DNA of 64,000 nt from an uncultured Gammaproteobacteria bacterium. GTDB lineage: Bacteria > Patescibacteriota > Patescibacteriia > VMEV01 > CAYQCH01. The DNA is taken from contig CAZDCG010000003.1 in the NCBI GenBank assembly GCA_964503955.1, positions 65,522-129,521 of the forward strand, given 5' to 3'. The position numbers and the translations under genes are program-made. The notes under the pieces were generated by a model. That model saw nothing but the letters and a program-made list of their open reading frames with translations, was not told the origin of the DNA and searched no databases. This document shows positions 28,206 to 39,543 of this stretch, in pieces. Each line of letters starts with the position of its first letter. The stretch's first letter is position 1.

Positions 28206-29942
28206 TTACTCAAGCGATTTCGCCACTCTAAACACTTCCGACACTTTGGTCAGCCCGTCGGCGGCTTTTAAAATACCATCGCCAACCATGGAAACCATGC
28301 CCTGGCTCACGGCAGTTTCCTGAATCGCGTATTCAGAAACTTTGTCTGAAGAAATAAGCGCCTCTAGTTCCTTGCTCATGGCCATGATTTCGTAGATACC
28401 GATACGGCCTTTAAATCCAAGTCCATTGCAGGCCTCGCAGCCGCCGCCTTTTTTCCATTCGATCTCAGCCGCTTTTTTGCCCGCATGCCCTCCTTTTTCT
28501 TTATCCGGTATTTGCGCAAGGATCTTATCAAGTTCGGCCAGCATCTCTTGATCAAGTTCGTCTTTGGCCACGCATTCTGAACAGATACGGCGCACGAGGC
28601 GCTGGCCGATAATCGCGTTCAAGGCAGGGGAGAGCAAAAAGGGTTTTACTCCCATGGAGAGAAAACGCGGAATCGCGCCGGCCGCGCTGTTGGTGTGCAA
28701 AGTTGAAATAACCAAATGTCCGGTCAGTGAGGCATTGATGGCCGTATCAGCCGTTTCAAAGTCGCGGATTTCACCCACCATGATCACATCAGGGTCTTGC
28801 CGCAGAATCGAGCGGAGACCGCCTGCAAAATCATAGCCGCGTTTTTTATCGACCTGGCTTTGATTGATGCCGGGCAATTTATATTCAACCGGATCTTCAA
28901 GCGTGATGATTTTTGTTCCCTCCGTATTTAAGGTAAGCAGAATAGAGTACAATGTTGTTGTTTTACCTGAACCAGTCGGACCGGTCGTGATAATCATGCC
29001 ATTAGGCTTGGTGATTTCTTCTTTAAGACGTTCATACGCGCCGCCCCGCAAACCAAGGTCGTCAAATTCCAACCCCGCAGAAGATGCTTTCAGCAAGCGC
29101 ATCACAATGCTTTCTCCAAAGGTGGTCGGCAAAATAGAAACACGCACGTCGATTTTGTCTTTGGTCAAAAAGATGGTGAAACGGCCGTCCTGCGGTTCGC
29201 CTGATACGTTTAATTTCAGTTTGGAAAGCAGCTTTAGGCGGCTTGAGATGCGGGGAAAGACGGTTTTTGAAAGGGAAGCGGCATCATGCAGCACGCCGTC
29301 AATGCGGTAGCGGATTTTTACGTCGTATTCTTCGCTTTCAACGTGAATATCAGATGCGCGCACCTGCAAGCCAAGCGCGATGACGGCCGTGACAATATCG
29401 GACGTGTTCACGCCTTCGATGATCTTTTGCAAATCAGTGAGGGTAACGACTTCCTGAGAGAAGCGTTTAACATCGTCTTCAGAAATCTCCACACCCGAAA
29501 CGACTTTGCGCAGCTTGGGAAGATTCTCGTACTGTTTATGCGCCAATGAAAAACTTCGCTCCGAGATCAGGTATAACTTCACCGGGCGATGCTCGCGCTC
29601 TTCAAGCGTTTTTTTCAGCTCAAGGATTTGCGGGGTGCCTGGTCGAACCGCTCCAAGCCGGATTTCCTGCGCGCTCTGAAAAAAAGGAACAGCCAATAAT
29701 TCTTTGGACTGTTTCTGGTCCATGAGCTTGAGTGTTTCCGGACCGATCGGGAACTGTTCCAGGTTGATATACGGCAGGCCAAGCATAGATGCCTGGACTT
29801 TGGACATCCGCTCTTTCTGCTCAATCTGCATTTGCTCCATTTTTTGAGCAAAAGCCTGTTCCGCGCTTTTTGTCTGTGCCGGACTTGCTGGTTTTTGTGA
29901 TCCAGGCTTTGCGCCTGAGAGGAGGGAGGAAATATTGTCCAT
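28206..29942 (-). CDS. GspE/PilB-family type II/IV secretion (type IV pilus assembly) ATPase
   Basis: Walker A GPTGSGKTTT, Asp box, His box, C-terminal CxxC...CEAC. Confidence 0.85.
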   Translation of the reverse strand: MDNISSLLSGAKPGSQKPASPAQTKSAEQAFAQKMEQMQIEQKERMSKVQASMLGLPYINLEQFPIGPETLKLMDQKQSKELLAVPFFQSAQEIRLGAVRPGTPQILELKKTLEEREHRPVKLYLISERSFSLAHKQYENLPKLRKVVSGVEISEDDVKRFSQEVVTLTDLQKIIEGVNTSDIVTAVIALGLQVRASDIHVESEEYDVKIRYRIDGVLHDAASLSKTVFPRISSRLKLLSKLKLNVSGEPQDGRFTIFLTKDKIDVRVSILPTTFGESIVMRLLKASSAGLEFDDLGLRGGAYERLKEEITKPNGMIITTGPTGSGKTTTLYSILLTLNTEGTKIITLEDPVEYKLPGINQSQVDKKRGYDFAGGLRSILRQDPDVIMVGEIRDFETADTAINASLTGHLVISTLHTNSAAGAIPRFLSMGVKPFLLSPALNAIIGQRLVRRICSECVAKDELDQEMLAELDKILAQIPDKEKGGHAGKKAAEIEWKKGGGCEACNGLGFKGRIGIYEIMAMSKELEALISSDKVSEYAIQETAVSQGMVSMVGDGILKAADGLTKVSEVFRVAKSLE

Positions 29943-30167
29943 AACCGATCCTGTTTTTTCTTCATGATACTGGGTTTTCAGCTGAAAGGAAAGGATTTCC
30001 TCGTTCGTTTTACAAAGGAGCTGCGTCCGCTGATGCGCAAATAGCGGAACTCCGCCAAATCTTGCGAAAAGGGGCTTTTTCTTTTATAGTGAACCCACTT
30101 TGACGAAAGGTTTTTCTTCATTCCTGAGTATAAGTTGAGTCGTCTTTAGACTCATTTTTTTCACGCT

Positions 30168-31988
30168 ATGAACAGAGTTAGTAAAAATATCATCATTGCC
30201 GTGCTCGCGATTTTGATCATGTCTCTTGGATTCTATTTCATTCAGTTTGATCCGACCGAACCGGAACGTATCGGCGTGCAGACATTTATCTCCCAGGTCA
30301 AAGAGGGAAATGTGCAGAAAGTCGTGGTGGAGGGGTCTCAGGTAACAGTCACATTGCGCGACGAAAATGCGCGCCCGCAGGTGTTTCAAAAAGAGCCGCA
30401 GGATTCGCTTTCTGATCTCTTTGCGAATTACGGCGTGACTCCTGAGCAGATCGCGACGATTGACGACAGCTTTGTTGAGAAATCAACCAATGAATCGTTT
30501 TTCGTATCCGCCTTGCTGCCTATTCTGTTGCCGGTACTTTTGCTTGGCTTTATTTTCTGGATCATTTTCCGCCAGATGCAGGGAGCAAGCAACCGCACCA
30601 TGTCCTTTGGCCAGAGCAGCGCACGCGAAGTAGATACGACCCGCAAGGACCGTATTACCTTTAAAGATGTTGCCGGCGCGCGCGAAGCAAAAGAAGAGCT
30701 CATGGAAGTGGTGGAATTTCTAAAGCATCCAAAAAAGTTTCACGCGCTTGGAGCGAAAATTCCCAAAGGCGTTCTGCTCATGGGCGCGCCGGGAACAGGG
30801 AAAACCCTTTTGGCCAAAGCCGTTGCCGGACAGGCGGGCGTGCCGTTCTTTTCCGCGTCCGGTTCAGAATTCGTGGAAATGTTCGTTGGTGTTGGCGCGT
30901 CCCGCGTGCGCGATCTCTTTAAGAAAGCGAAAAAGAATGCTCCATGCATTATCTTTGTTGATGAAATCGATGCCGTAGGCCGCCAGCGCGGTTCAGGGCT
31001 TGGCGGTTCTCATGATGAACGCGAACAGACGCTCAACCAGATTCTCGTGGAAATGGACGGCTTTGATACAGATACCAGCGTGATTGTGATTGCCGCTACC
31101 AACCGCCCTGATGTGCTCGACCCCGCGCTCTTGCGCCCTGGCCGCTTTGATCGTCAGGTGGTACTTGATAAGCCCGATGTCAAAGAACGAAAAGAAATTC
31201 TTGAAGTACATGCCAAAAACAAACCCATGGGCAGTGATGTGGATCTGGAAGAAGTGGCCAAGCGAACGCCTGGATTTGCCGGCGCGGATCTCTCCAATAT
31301 CATCAATGAAGCGGCGATTCTTGCGGCCCGCCACGATAAAAAACAGATCGGCCAGGCGGAATTGCTGGAAAGCATTGAAAAGGTTTCCCTTGGCCCTGAG
31401 CGCAAGAGCCACCTGATGTCGCCAGAAGAAAAGAAACTCACCGCGTATCATGAAGGAGGGCATGCGATTGTGGCGCATATGCTTGAACATGCCGATCCGG
31501 TCCATAAAGTCTCCATCATTTCACGAGGACGGGCGGCCGGCTATACCATGACCATTCCGGTAGACGACAAGAAAATGCGCCGCAAGTCCATGTTCTTAGA
31601 CGAGCTCGCCGTCATGCTTGGCGGCCATGCGGCGGAAAAGGAAATCTATGGAGAAGTCACCACCGGTCCGCACAGCGATATCAAGCGAGCGACTTCGTTG
31701 GCCCGCGATATGATCATGCAATACGGCATGGCCGACGCATTGCCTCCGCGCACCTATGGAGAACGCGGCGAGATGATTTTCCTTGGCCGGGAACTGCATG
31801 AACAGCGCGATTATTCAGAAAAGATCGCCGAGGCTATTGACGAAGAAGTCGGCAAATTTATCAATACCGCGCTTGACCGCGCGACCCAGCTTGTCCGCCA
31901 GCATCGCCCCAAGCTCGACAAGATTGTTGAGGTCCTCCTGGAAAAAGAAACCATTGAAAAAGATGAATTCGCCGCATTGATGGCATAA
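30168..31988 (+). CDS. ftsH: ATP-dependent zinc metalloprotease FtsH
   Basis: AAA+ [17 protein letters not shown] zinc site. Confidence 0.95.
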   Translation: MNRVSKNIIIAVLAILIMSLGFYFIQFDPTEPERIGVQTFISQVKEGNVQKVVVEGSQVTVTLRDENARPQVFQKEPQDSLSDLFANYGVTPEQIATIDDSFVEKSTNESFFVSALLPILLPVLLLGFIFWIIFRQMQGASNRTMSFGQSSAREVDTTRKDRITFKDVAGAREAKEELMEVVEFLKHPKKFHALGAKIPKGVLLMGAPGTGKTLLAKAVAGQAGVPFFSASGSEFVEMFVGVGASRVRDLFKKAKKNAPCIIFVDEIDAVGRQRGSGLGGSHDEREQTLNQILVEMDGFDTDTSVIVIAATNRPDVLDPALLRPGRFDRQVVLDKPDVKERKEILEVHAKNKPMGSDVDLEEVAKRTPGFAGADLSNIINEAAILAARHDKKQIGQAELLESIEKVSLGPERKSHLMSPEEKKLTAYHEGGHAIVAHMLEHADPVHKVSIISRGRAAGYTMTIPVDDKKMRRKSMFLDELAVMLGGHAAEKEIYGEVTTGPHSDIKRATSLARDMIMQYGMADALPPRTYGERGEMIFLGRELHEQRDYSEKIAEAIDEEVGKFINTALDRATQLVRQHRPKLDKIVEVLLEKETIEKDEFAALMA

Positions 31989-32095
31989 GAGACAACCTAA
32001 TTCTACAATCATTAAATCATCAGATCGGTTGGTCTGGTGATTTTTTGATTTTCCTATTCTCATGCTCCGGTGATCTTGTGATATAATACATTCGT

Positions 32096-33103
32096 ATGAA
32101 AAAACAAAAAGACTTGTTTAAACCTATTTTACTTGACGCGCTTCTTTTAACCTGGCGGCGAAAAACCTGGTGGATTTTTGGTTTCCTCGCTTTGTTTCTG
32201 AGCGGCACCATGGGTTACCAAATCGTGTTCCAGGGAATCCGCAGCCTTGTCCAGCCTGAGCAATGGTGGGTACGCTGGGAAACCTGGGCGCAAGGCCTTT
32301 CTCCTTTTGAACTCATTTCTGCGCAAGGGAAATTGCTACTGGCCGATCCAAAAGGCTGGTTCGCCATGCTTTTTGTCTGGGGCATTATCTTTCTTGTGCT
32401 CCTGCTATTGCTGGCTGTCTGCTCGTATGCGGCCATCGCGCTTATTTCCGTGGTAAAAATCCGTCAGATCGAACAGAGCGAGGATCATTTATTCCTTGCC
32501 CTGCGCGAAGCCTTTTTGCATGTAAAACCCGTGGTGGGAGCGGTTCTTCTCGTGCAGTTTCTCGCCAATTTGTTGATTATCCTGTTCAGCATTCCGGTGA
32601 TCTGGATCGGCGTTGACGATTTGAATCTGGTGCAATCCGGCATGCTGCTTTTCTTTTTGGCGCTCTTCTTCTTCAGCGCATTTGTGCTTTCAAGCATGGC
32701 CATCTATACCATCCAGCATATTGTGTACCAGGATCTTTCTCTTTCCGACGCGATTGTGGCTTCCTGGAAACTCTTCTGGCGGCATTGGTTGCTGACGCTT
32801 GAAATGTTTCTTATCCAGCTCTTTATCGGGGTTCTCGCATTAGCGGGTGTCTTCCTTTTGATTTCACTCATTACGGTTCCTGTCACCATTGTCGGATTCA
32901 TTCTGGTTTCAAACCAGCTGTTTGATATTACAACCTATCTGCCGCAAACGGTGTTCTATCTGATCATGCTTCTATCCGTGATTATGGGGGCGGTTTATAC
33001 GGTATTTTATCTCTATAGCTGGACCATGCTGTTCAGCCGCTTTGACGAAGTCCGTCCGCATTCTCGCTTCGCACAATTTATTGAAATACATTTGCTGAGC
33101 TAA
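32096..33103 (+). CDS. polytopic membrane protein, unknown function
   Basis: 7 or more hydrophobic segments. Confidence 0.6.
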   Translation: MKKQKDLFKPILLDALLLTWRRKTWWIFGFLALFLSGTMGYQIVFQGIRSLVQPEQWWVRWETWAQGLSPFELISAQGKLLLADPKGWFAMLFVWGIIFLVLLLLLAVCSYAAIALISVVKIRQIEQSEDHLFLALREAFLHVKPVVGAVLLVQFLANLLIILFSIPVIWIGVDDLNLVQSGMLLFFLALFFFSAFVLSSMAIYTIQHIVYQDLSLSDAIVASWKLFWRHWLLTLEMFLIQLFIGVLALAGVFLLISLITVPVTIVGFILVSNQLFDITTYLPQTVFYLIMLLSVIMGAVYTVFYLYSWTMLFSRFDEVRPHSRFAQFIEIHLLS

Positions 33104-33253
33104 AAAAATAGCTTGACAATGCGTTAAGGACATTTTAAGGTTCCTGGCCGGCTTACGATGAGCCGGCCGTTTCATCCAGACGTCCTGGATGAGTTCGCTT
33201 GCCAGACCGGTACGCACTGCTCCTGGCAAGCATGTTTTTAGAAGGGAACCGAC

Positions 33254-34012
33254 ATGGATCGCTACCCCGACCAGGAACTGGCCCGCGTCGCCAAGTTCAT
33301 GGGCATCCTGCGTAAAGCAGGTCTGCCTGATCAGTTCTACCAGCGTGTGATCGACGATGACGCGTATCGCACGTGGCTGGTAACTGAGACCACTGCTCGC
33401 ATGCACCTGGTGGTCGAGGAAACCGAGGAACAGATCGAAGCCCGCAAGCTCCTGAAGCGGTTCTACCTCGGCCTGCCCGAGATTGAGCGCCACTTCGGTC
33501 GGCTCTCGCCATCGCAGAAGTCCTTCCTCGAGCTCATGCCGTTCTCGCCGGCGAGCCTTCGGGCTTCCCATGGCCAGCACGTGCTCTTCGCCGACACTGG
33601 CTTGAGCATTGCTGAACTGAGTGAGAAGTTCGCTCCGATCTTCTCTAAGGCGGAGCAGCAGCATGGGCATCAGGATTTTTGGCGCAAAAAGTCCGAATCA
33701 TACTGGAGACTGGTCACACGCGGAGTGCGTGTTCAGTGTGGAACCTGGGAGGAGCAGGTGGGGAAGCTTAGGGCAAACGAGCGCTGCGTTACCGCGCGTG
33801 AGCTCTGCTACCTGCAAATCCTTCATCTCTGTGTCACCGGTGGGTGGCTGTACGATGGCGCACCCATTCGCACGGCCTCCCAGTTGCCTAACGGACAGAG
33901 GGTGGTGCTTTCCTTCAACACCCGTCGGCCCCTCCGCGTCACAGCCGCCGACTACTACAAGGATGATGACATCGTACCGAGAATGGTAGCGGCTAGCTCG
34001 CTCTTCGAGTAG
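33254..34012 (+). CDS. GC-rich orphan protein (252 aa), unknown function
   Basis: about 59% GC; weak AAGGGA RBS. The antisense 232-aa ORF has no RBS and is judged an artefact. Confidence 0.45.
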   Translation: MDRYPDQELARVAKFMGILRKAGLPDQFYQRVIDDDAYRTWLVTETTARMHLVVEETEEQIEARKLLKRFYLGLPEIERHFGRLSPSQKSFLELMPFSPASLRASHGQHVLFADTGLSIAELSEKFAPIFSKAEQQHGHQDFWRKKSESYWRLVTRGVRVQCGTWEEQVGKLRANERCVTARELCYLQILHLCVTGGWLYDGAPIRTASQLPNGQRVVLSFNTRRPLRVTAADYYKDDDIVPRMVAASSLFE

Positions 34013-34077
34013 AAGCCGTTTCATCGGCCCTCCGTCAACGCAGTTTCTCTGTGGACGGGGGGCCGCTTCGTTTATGA

Positions 34078-34110
34078 ACAAAAAACCGCCCCGGAGGGCG
34101 GTTTTGTTGT
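34078..34110. terminator. bidirectional terminator CCGCCC-cgga-GGGCGG flanked by A-run and T-run
   Basis: read directly. Confidence 0.75.
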
Positions 34111-34116
34111 CGCGTA

Positions 34117-35316
34117 TTACGCGGCCTGCTTTTCTTCAACTTTTTCCGCTTTGGCAGGAGCGTTTTTCTGTTTCAGGCTGAGGCCCAAGCGATGCTGTTC
34201 TGATTCGATAGAGATGATCTTAAATTCCATCTCATCGCCAGGTTTGGCAATGGTTGTTGGATCTTCAACCGGTTTGTCGGAAAGCTCTGAAACGTGAGCG
34301 AGACCGTGGATCTCTTCATCCAGTTCCACAAAGAGTCCGAATGGATTAACCTTGAGCACTTTGCCTTTGACGATGTCGCCGACTTTGTAGCGCTCAGCGG
34401 CCTTCTTCCAAGGATCTTCCTGCAGTTTCTTGATAGAGAGGGAGATCTTTGATCCGTCTACCGCGATGATTTCCGCTTTGACTTTGTCGCCGATTTTCAC
34501 GAGATCATGCGGATTCTCGATGCGCTGCCAAGCAAGCTCAGAAATGTGCACAAGTCCTTCAAGCCCCTCGTCGAATTCCACGAAAGCGCCGAAATCAACA
34601 ACGCCGGTAACGGTTCCTTCAACAACGGTTCCAACCTTGTATTTCTCAAGAAGGTCCTTCTGGCGTTCTTCCCAGGCAGCTTTTTCAGAAACGATGAGTT
34701 TCTCATCTTCTTCTGAAACGTCAATCACTTTTACTTCAAGCGATTTATTAACGAGCTGATTGAGTTTTTCAAGGATCTTGTTCTTGTCGCCGCCTTCAAC
34801 GCGCGGGTAGTGCTCGGTTGTCAGCTGTGAAACAGGGAGGAAGCCGACTACATGTCCGACACGGGCCATCAGACCGCCTTTGTTCGCGCTGATGATTTTG
34901 GCCGCGATAATCTTGCCGCTCTTCATCAAGCCTTCAAGATTGTCCCAGGCTTTCTGATGTCCGGCATGGCGGAATGACAATTCCACTTCGCCGTTTTCGT
35001 TTTCAAGTTCAACCACGGTCGCTTCAACGCTGTCGCCCGGCTTGATGTCGGAGTATTCTCCGCTTTCGTCTTCAAGTTCCGGACCGCGCACGACACCGGT
35101 TGCAACACCGCCCAAATCGAGGCGGACAAGGTTTTTTGCTGTGCTGATAACGGTTCCCTGAACAAGCTCGCCCGGTTTTGGAATCAGGGACTGCTGTTCT
35201 TCCATCAGCTTCTGCATGGCATCCAGCTGCTCGGTGTCTTCAAGCTGCTGGCCGATTTTTGATGATACTGGCATAAGAATCGGGAATTTAGGCATAAAAA
35301 AAGAGGATATGCCCAA
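34117..35316 (-). CDS. rpsA: 30S ribosomal protein S1 (four S1 domains, short form)
   Basis: repeated S1 motifs G..V.G.V..V..FGAFV. Confidence 0.9.
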   Translation of the reverse strand: MGISSFFMPKFPILMPVSSKIGQQLEDTEQLDAMQKLMEEQQSLIPKPGELVQGTVISTAKNLVRLDLGGVATGVVRGPELEDESGEYSDIKPGDSVEATVVELENENGEVELSFRHAGHQKAWDNLEGLMKSGKIIAAKIISANKGGLMARVGHVVGFLPVSQLTTEHYPRVEGGDKNKILEKLNQLVNKSLEVKVIDVSEEDEKLIVSEKAAWEERQKDLLEKYKVGTVVEGTVTGVVDFGAFVEFDEGLEGLVHISELAWQRIENPHDLVKIGDKVKAEIIAVDGSKISLSIKKLQEDPWKKAAERYKVGDIVKGKVLKVNPFGLFVELDEEIHGLAHVSELSDKPVEDPTTIAKPGDEMEFKIISIESEQHRLGLSLKQKNAPAKAEKVEEKQAA

Positions 35317-35575
35317 AAACCCTCGTGTGAGTTAACCCCTCGAATCGAGGAGTCCTCTTGCAAAAACACGTTGTTTCTCGTGTTTTAAGAGGTTGGTTTA
35401 TGAAGTGCGAGCAGTATATCCTAAAAGCCGGTTTTTGCCAAGTCTGCCCAGGATATTCGGGGCTTTTTCCGCTTGTTGGCGGTGGTTTTGTATGGTAAAA
35501 TTCTTCATATACTAATGAGGATCCCGCGAGGAAAAAATAAGCTCATTCAGGCTTATTTTTCCTTGTCCAACCGCT

Positions 35576-36187
35576 ATGCATATTACCTGGCATGGAATGA
35601 ATTGCATCCGCATTCAAGGAAAAGACGTGACCATTGTTCTTGATCCGTACGCAGAAGGCGACGGTCCAAAGCTGCCGCGCTGGCAGGCGGACATCGTCAC
35701 GGTTTCGTCTCCTGAGTCTGATGACACAAAGGGCGGGGCCGGGGCATTTATCATCAATACGCCCGGCGAATTCGAAGTAAAGGGAGCATTTGTGTACGGC
35801 GTTGAATGGAAACGCGAAAAGAAAGAAGACAAGAGCGTGCTGTATCGCATCAACTTGGAAGATATTTCCATCGCGCATGTCGGAGGTCTTGACCAGGTGC
35901 TTTCCAATCAAACGCTTGAACTGCTTGAGGGGGCGGATATTCTCTGCCTGCCGGTTGGAGACAAAGATCTTCTCAGCGTAAAAGATGCTGTTGAGGTCGT
36001 CGCTCGCATTGAGCCCCGCATCGTGATCCCTATGTCCTATGCGGCCAAGGGATTCAGGCAGCTTGCTCCGGTGCAGGATTTCTTCAAAGAATTGGGTGTC
36101 ACGCCGCAAATCCAGGATAAGCTGAAAATCACGAGAAAAGATCTCCCGGAAGAAGACCGCCATGTTTACCAATTAGAACTTGCCTAG
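35576..36187 (+). CDS. small MBL-fold metal-dependent hydrolase
   Basis: beta-lactamase-like fold signature. Confidence 0.6.
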   Translation: MHITWHGMNCIRIQGKDVTIVLDPYAEGDGPKLPRWQADIVTVSSPESDDTKGGAGAFIINTPGEFEVKGAFVYGVEWKREKKEDKSVLYRINLEDISIAHVGGLDQVLSNQTLELLEGADILCLPVGDKDLLSVKDAVEVVARIEPRIVIPMSYAAKGFRQLAPVQDFFKELGVTPQIQDKLKITRKDLPEEDRHVYQLELA

Positions 36188-36199
36188 CACTCCGAATCT

Positions 36200-38692
36200 A
36201 TGCCAAAGAAAAAAAGCGAAGAAAAGAACGCCGTGCCCATGGTCGGCAAGGTCGAACCACAGCCGCTGGTGGATGAACTGAAAACATCGTATCTGGATTA
36301 TGCCATGTCGGTGATCGTCCAGCGCGCGCTGCCCGACGTCCGCGACGGGCAAAAGCCGGTGCATCGCCGCATTTTATACGCGATGTGGAAAATCGGTTTG
36401 CGTTCCGGAAGTAAATTCAGAAAGTCCGCAACCGTGGTCGGTGAAGTGCTTGGTAAATACCATCCGCATGGCGATCAGGCCGTTTATATGACTTTGGTAC
36501 GCATGGCACAGGATTTTGCTATGCGCTATGAGCTTGTGCGAGGGCAGGGAAACTTCGGCTCTATCGACGGCGACAATCCAGCCGCTATGCGTTATACGGA
36601 GGTGAAAATGGCCGCCATTGCCGAAGAGCTTCTCTTTGATATTGAAAAAAACACGGTTGATTTTGCTCCAAACTACGACGGTTCGCATCAGGAACCAAAA
36701 GTTCTGCCGGCAAAACTTCCGGCTTTGCTGCTGAATGGAAGCGTTGGGATCGCCGTTGGTATGGCGACCAATATTCCTCCGCATAATCTTCGCGAGCTTT
36801 GCAGCGCCATTCAGCATTTGATCGATCATCCCGATGCCTCGGTCGATGATCTCATGGCTCATATCAAAGGTCCGGATTTCCCGACCGGCGGCATTATCTA
36901 TGACATCAATGAAATCCGCCGCGCTTATGCGGAAGGGAAGGGCGCGATTGTCATGCGCGCGCGGGCCGAAATTGTGGAATCAAAGGGCGGACATGCGATT
37001 GTGGTGACCGAAATTCCGTATCAGGTGAATAAAGCTTCGGTGCTTGAAAAAATCGCGAGCCTCGTCAAAGACAAAAAGCTTGAAGGCATCAAAGATTTGC
37101 GCGACGAATCCGACAAAGACGGCATCCGCATGGTGATTGAACTCAAGCGCGATGCATATCCAAAGAAGATTCTCAACAGTCTCTTCAAGTATACGCAGCT
37201 GCAGGATACATTCCATTACAACTGTCTCGCGCTTGTCGACGGCATTCAGCCGCGCATGCTCACGCTCAAGATGGTGCTTGAAGAATATATCAAGCACCGT
37301 GAAACCGTCGTGACGCGCCGCGCGCAGTATGACTTGGCCAAAGCCGAAGACCGTGCGCATATTTTGGAAGGGTTGGTCCGCGCGCTTGAAGACATCGACA
37401 AAATCATCAATACCATCAAGAAATCCAAAGACAAAGAACAGGCCAAGGTAAATTTGATGAAGCAATTCAAATTCAGCGAACGTCAGACCATCGCGATTCT
37501 TGAAATGCGGCTGTCGCAACTTGCGAATTTGGAACGCCTTGAAGTGGAAAAGGAATTGAAGGAAAAGCAAAAGCTCATCAAAGAATTGAAAGACTTGCTC
37601 AAGAGCCGCAAGAAGATTTTAGGCGTGATCCATACCGAAGTCAGCGAAATTGCCGAAAAATACGGAGACGACCGCAAGACGGAAGTGGTTGCCAATGCCG
37701 TGGACAAAATTTCAACAACCGATCTGATTCCAAACGAATCAACGGTGATTATGTTCACCAAAGAGGGATACATCAAACGCCTTCCGCCGGATACCTTCAA
37801 GGTGCAGCGCCGCGGCGGCAAAGGGGTGATCGGTTTGACAACCAAGGAACAGGATTTTGTCGACCTGCTATTTACTACCATGACCCATTCGGATCTGCTG
37901 TTTTTCACAAGCCGCGGCCGCGTCTTCAAGCTAAAGGCTTACGAAGTACCGCAGGCTTCCAGAACAGCGAAAGGCCAGGCCATCGTCAACTTCCTGCAGC
38001 TTGCTCCAAGCGAAGAAGTCAAGGCGATTCTGCCGGTTGCTGACCTGCTCAAGTTCAAGAATTTGGTCATGACAACGCAGCAGGGCGTGATCAAGAAAAC
38101 GGCCATCGAACAGTTTACCAATATTCGCAGCAATGGTTTGATCGCGATCAAGCTGAAAGGGGACGATGTCCTGCGCTGGATTGAACCTTCCACCGGCAAA
38201 GACGAGATTCTTATTGTCACAGCCAAAGGCCAGGCAATCCGATTCAAGGAAAAAGATGTCCGCGAAATGGGGCGAACGGCATCCGGCGTTCGGGCGATCA
38301 AGCTGAAATCAGGAGACCGTGTGGTAGGAATGGACGTGATCGGCTCAATGCAGAAGGCTTATGTGCTTGTTGTCATGCAGAATGGATTTGGAAAACGCAC
38401 TCAATTGGGCCAGTACCGTTTGCAGAGCCGAGCCGGATCAGGCATCAAAACAGCTAAAATTACACCTAAAACAGGAGAAATCGTCTTTGCCAAGGTTTTG
38501 GATGAAGCCGAAGAAGAGGATCTCATGATTATCTCCAAGAAAGGCCAGGTTATCCGCCTGCCCATGAAAGGGGTAAACACGGTGGGCCGAGCAACGCAGG
38601 GAGTCCGCCTCATGCGCTTTAAGGAGCAAGGCGACCAGGTGGCTTCGACCACGGTTCTTGTGGGCGCGGAAGAGATCGACGAAGCCGAATAA
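36200..38692 (+). CDS. gyrA: DNA gyrase subunit A
   Basis: AAMRYTEVKMA, YHPHGD, C-terminal beta-pinwheel repeats. Confidence 0.9.
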   Translation: MPKKKSEEKNAVPMVGKVEPQPLVDELKTSYLDYAMSVIVQRALPDVRDGQKPVHRRILYAMWKIGLRSGSKFRKSATVVGEVLGKYHPHGDQAVYMTLVRMAQDFAMRYELVRGQGNFGSIDGDNPAAMRYTEVKMAAIAEELLFDIEKNTVDFAPNYDGSHQEPKVLPAKLPALLLNGSVGIAVGMATNIPPHNLRELCSAIQHLIDHPDASVDDLMAHIKGPDFPTGGIIYDINEIRRAYAEGKGAIVMRARAEIVESKGGHAIVVTEIPYQVNKASVLEKIASLVKDKKLEGIKDLRDESDKDGIRMVIELKRDAYPKKILNSLFKYTQLQDTFHYNCLALVDGIQPRMLTLKMVLEEYIKHRETVVTRRAQYDLAKAEDRAHILEGLVRALEDIDKIINTIKKSKDKEQAKVNLMKQFKFSERQTIAILEMRLSQLANLERLEVEKELKEKQKLIKELKDLLKSRKKILGVIHTEVSEIAEKYGDDRKTEVVANAVDKISTTDLIPNESTVIMFTKEGYIKRLPPDTFKVQRRGGKGVIGLTTKEQDFVDLLFTTMTHSDLLFFTSRGRVFKLKAYEVPQASRTAKGQAIVNFLQLAPSEEVKAILPVADLLKFKNLVMTTQQGVIKKTAIEQFTNIRSNGLIAIKLKGDDVLRWIEPSTGKDEILIVTAKGQAIRFKEKDVREMGRTASGVRAIKLKSGDRVVGMDVIGSMQKAYVLVVMQNGFGKRTQLGQYRLQSRAGSGIKTAKITPKTGEIVFAKVLDEAEEEDLMIISKKGQVIRLPMKGVNTVGRATQGVRLMRFKEQGDQVASTTVLVGAEEIDEAE

Positions 38693-38814
38693 CTTGCGTA
38701 ATTAGCGAATTCCTGATATAACTAGAAAGTAAAAGGACTGGTTGATCATTTGACAACCAGCCCTGAATGCGTCAGTCTAAGGGAACTTTTCGCTCACTTA
38801 TAAAATCCTTAACT

Positions 38815-38991
38815 ATGGCAAATCCAGTAAAACGCACCAGCAGAACGAAGAAAGGCATGCGCCGTTCTCATCACGCGCTCAAGCCGCAGCAAATCATGCA
38901 CTGCAAGAAATGCGGAAATTCAGTTCTTCCTCATCATGCTTGCCAGATGTGCGGTACCTACAAAGGAAAGCAAGTCATTGCCGTTGAGTAA
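38815..38991 (+). CDS. rpmF: 50S ribosomal protein L32
   Basis: MANPVKRTSRTKKGMRRSHH plus CxxC...CxxC; internal ATG chosen over ORF-track start. Confidence 0.85.
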   Translation: MANPVKRTSRTKKGMRRSHHALKPQQIMHCKKCGNSVLPHHACQMCGTYKGKQVIAVE

Positions 38992-39016
38992 ACTGGCCCT
39001 TTAAGCTGTCGCGATT

Positions 39017-39463
39017 ATGTCCAATCGCCATTTGGCAAGAACCATTGCCATGCAGACATTGTACGAATGGGATTTCCATTCGGCAGACAAAAAAACCGCT
39101 CTTGCATATCTCAGCATGAATAAACAGGAATTCGCTCCTGCTTTTGATGATCATGGCTTCATGGAAAATCTCGTTCAGTCGGTCATCGAGAAACAACCGG
39201 AAGTTGATACGTACATTACAAAGTATGCTCCGGAATGGCCTCTGGATCAGATCACCATGGTTGACCGCAATATCCTGCGCGTCGGTGTGTACGAGCTCGT
39301 CTTTTCTCCGGATGTTCCTTCAAAAGTCGCCATCAATGAAGCCATCGAATTAGCAAAAACATTCGGAGGACAGGCTTCCGGCAAATTCGTGAATGGCGTG
39401 CTTGGGGCGATCTACAAGGATCTTTCAGAGAGCGGGGAACTGAAAGAGCAGAAACAAGGCTAA
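39017..39463 (+). CDS. nusB: transcription antitermination factor NusB
   Basis: NusB fold signature. Confidence 0.85.
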   Translation: MSNRHLARTIAMQTLYEWDFHSADKKTALAYLSMNKQEFAPAFDDHGFMENLVQSVIEKQPEVDTYITKYAPEWPLDQITMVDRNILRVGVYELVFSPDVPSKVAINEAIELAKTFGGQASGKFVNGVLGAIYKDLSESGELKEQKQG

Positions 39464-39543
39464 CCCATACCTTATACTTAATGGTAGAGTATTGTCGCGA
39501 AATGTTCAGCAGAACCGTTGGCGACAGTTGTCTATCTGGGACC

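Noticed and set aside
32972-33670. 232-aa minus-strand ORF
   Set aside because: It overlaps the 3' end of the membrane protein gene and the GC-rich plus ORF, has no RBS, and the plus-strand ORF has better start context and a terminator.
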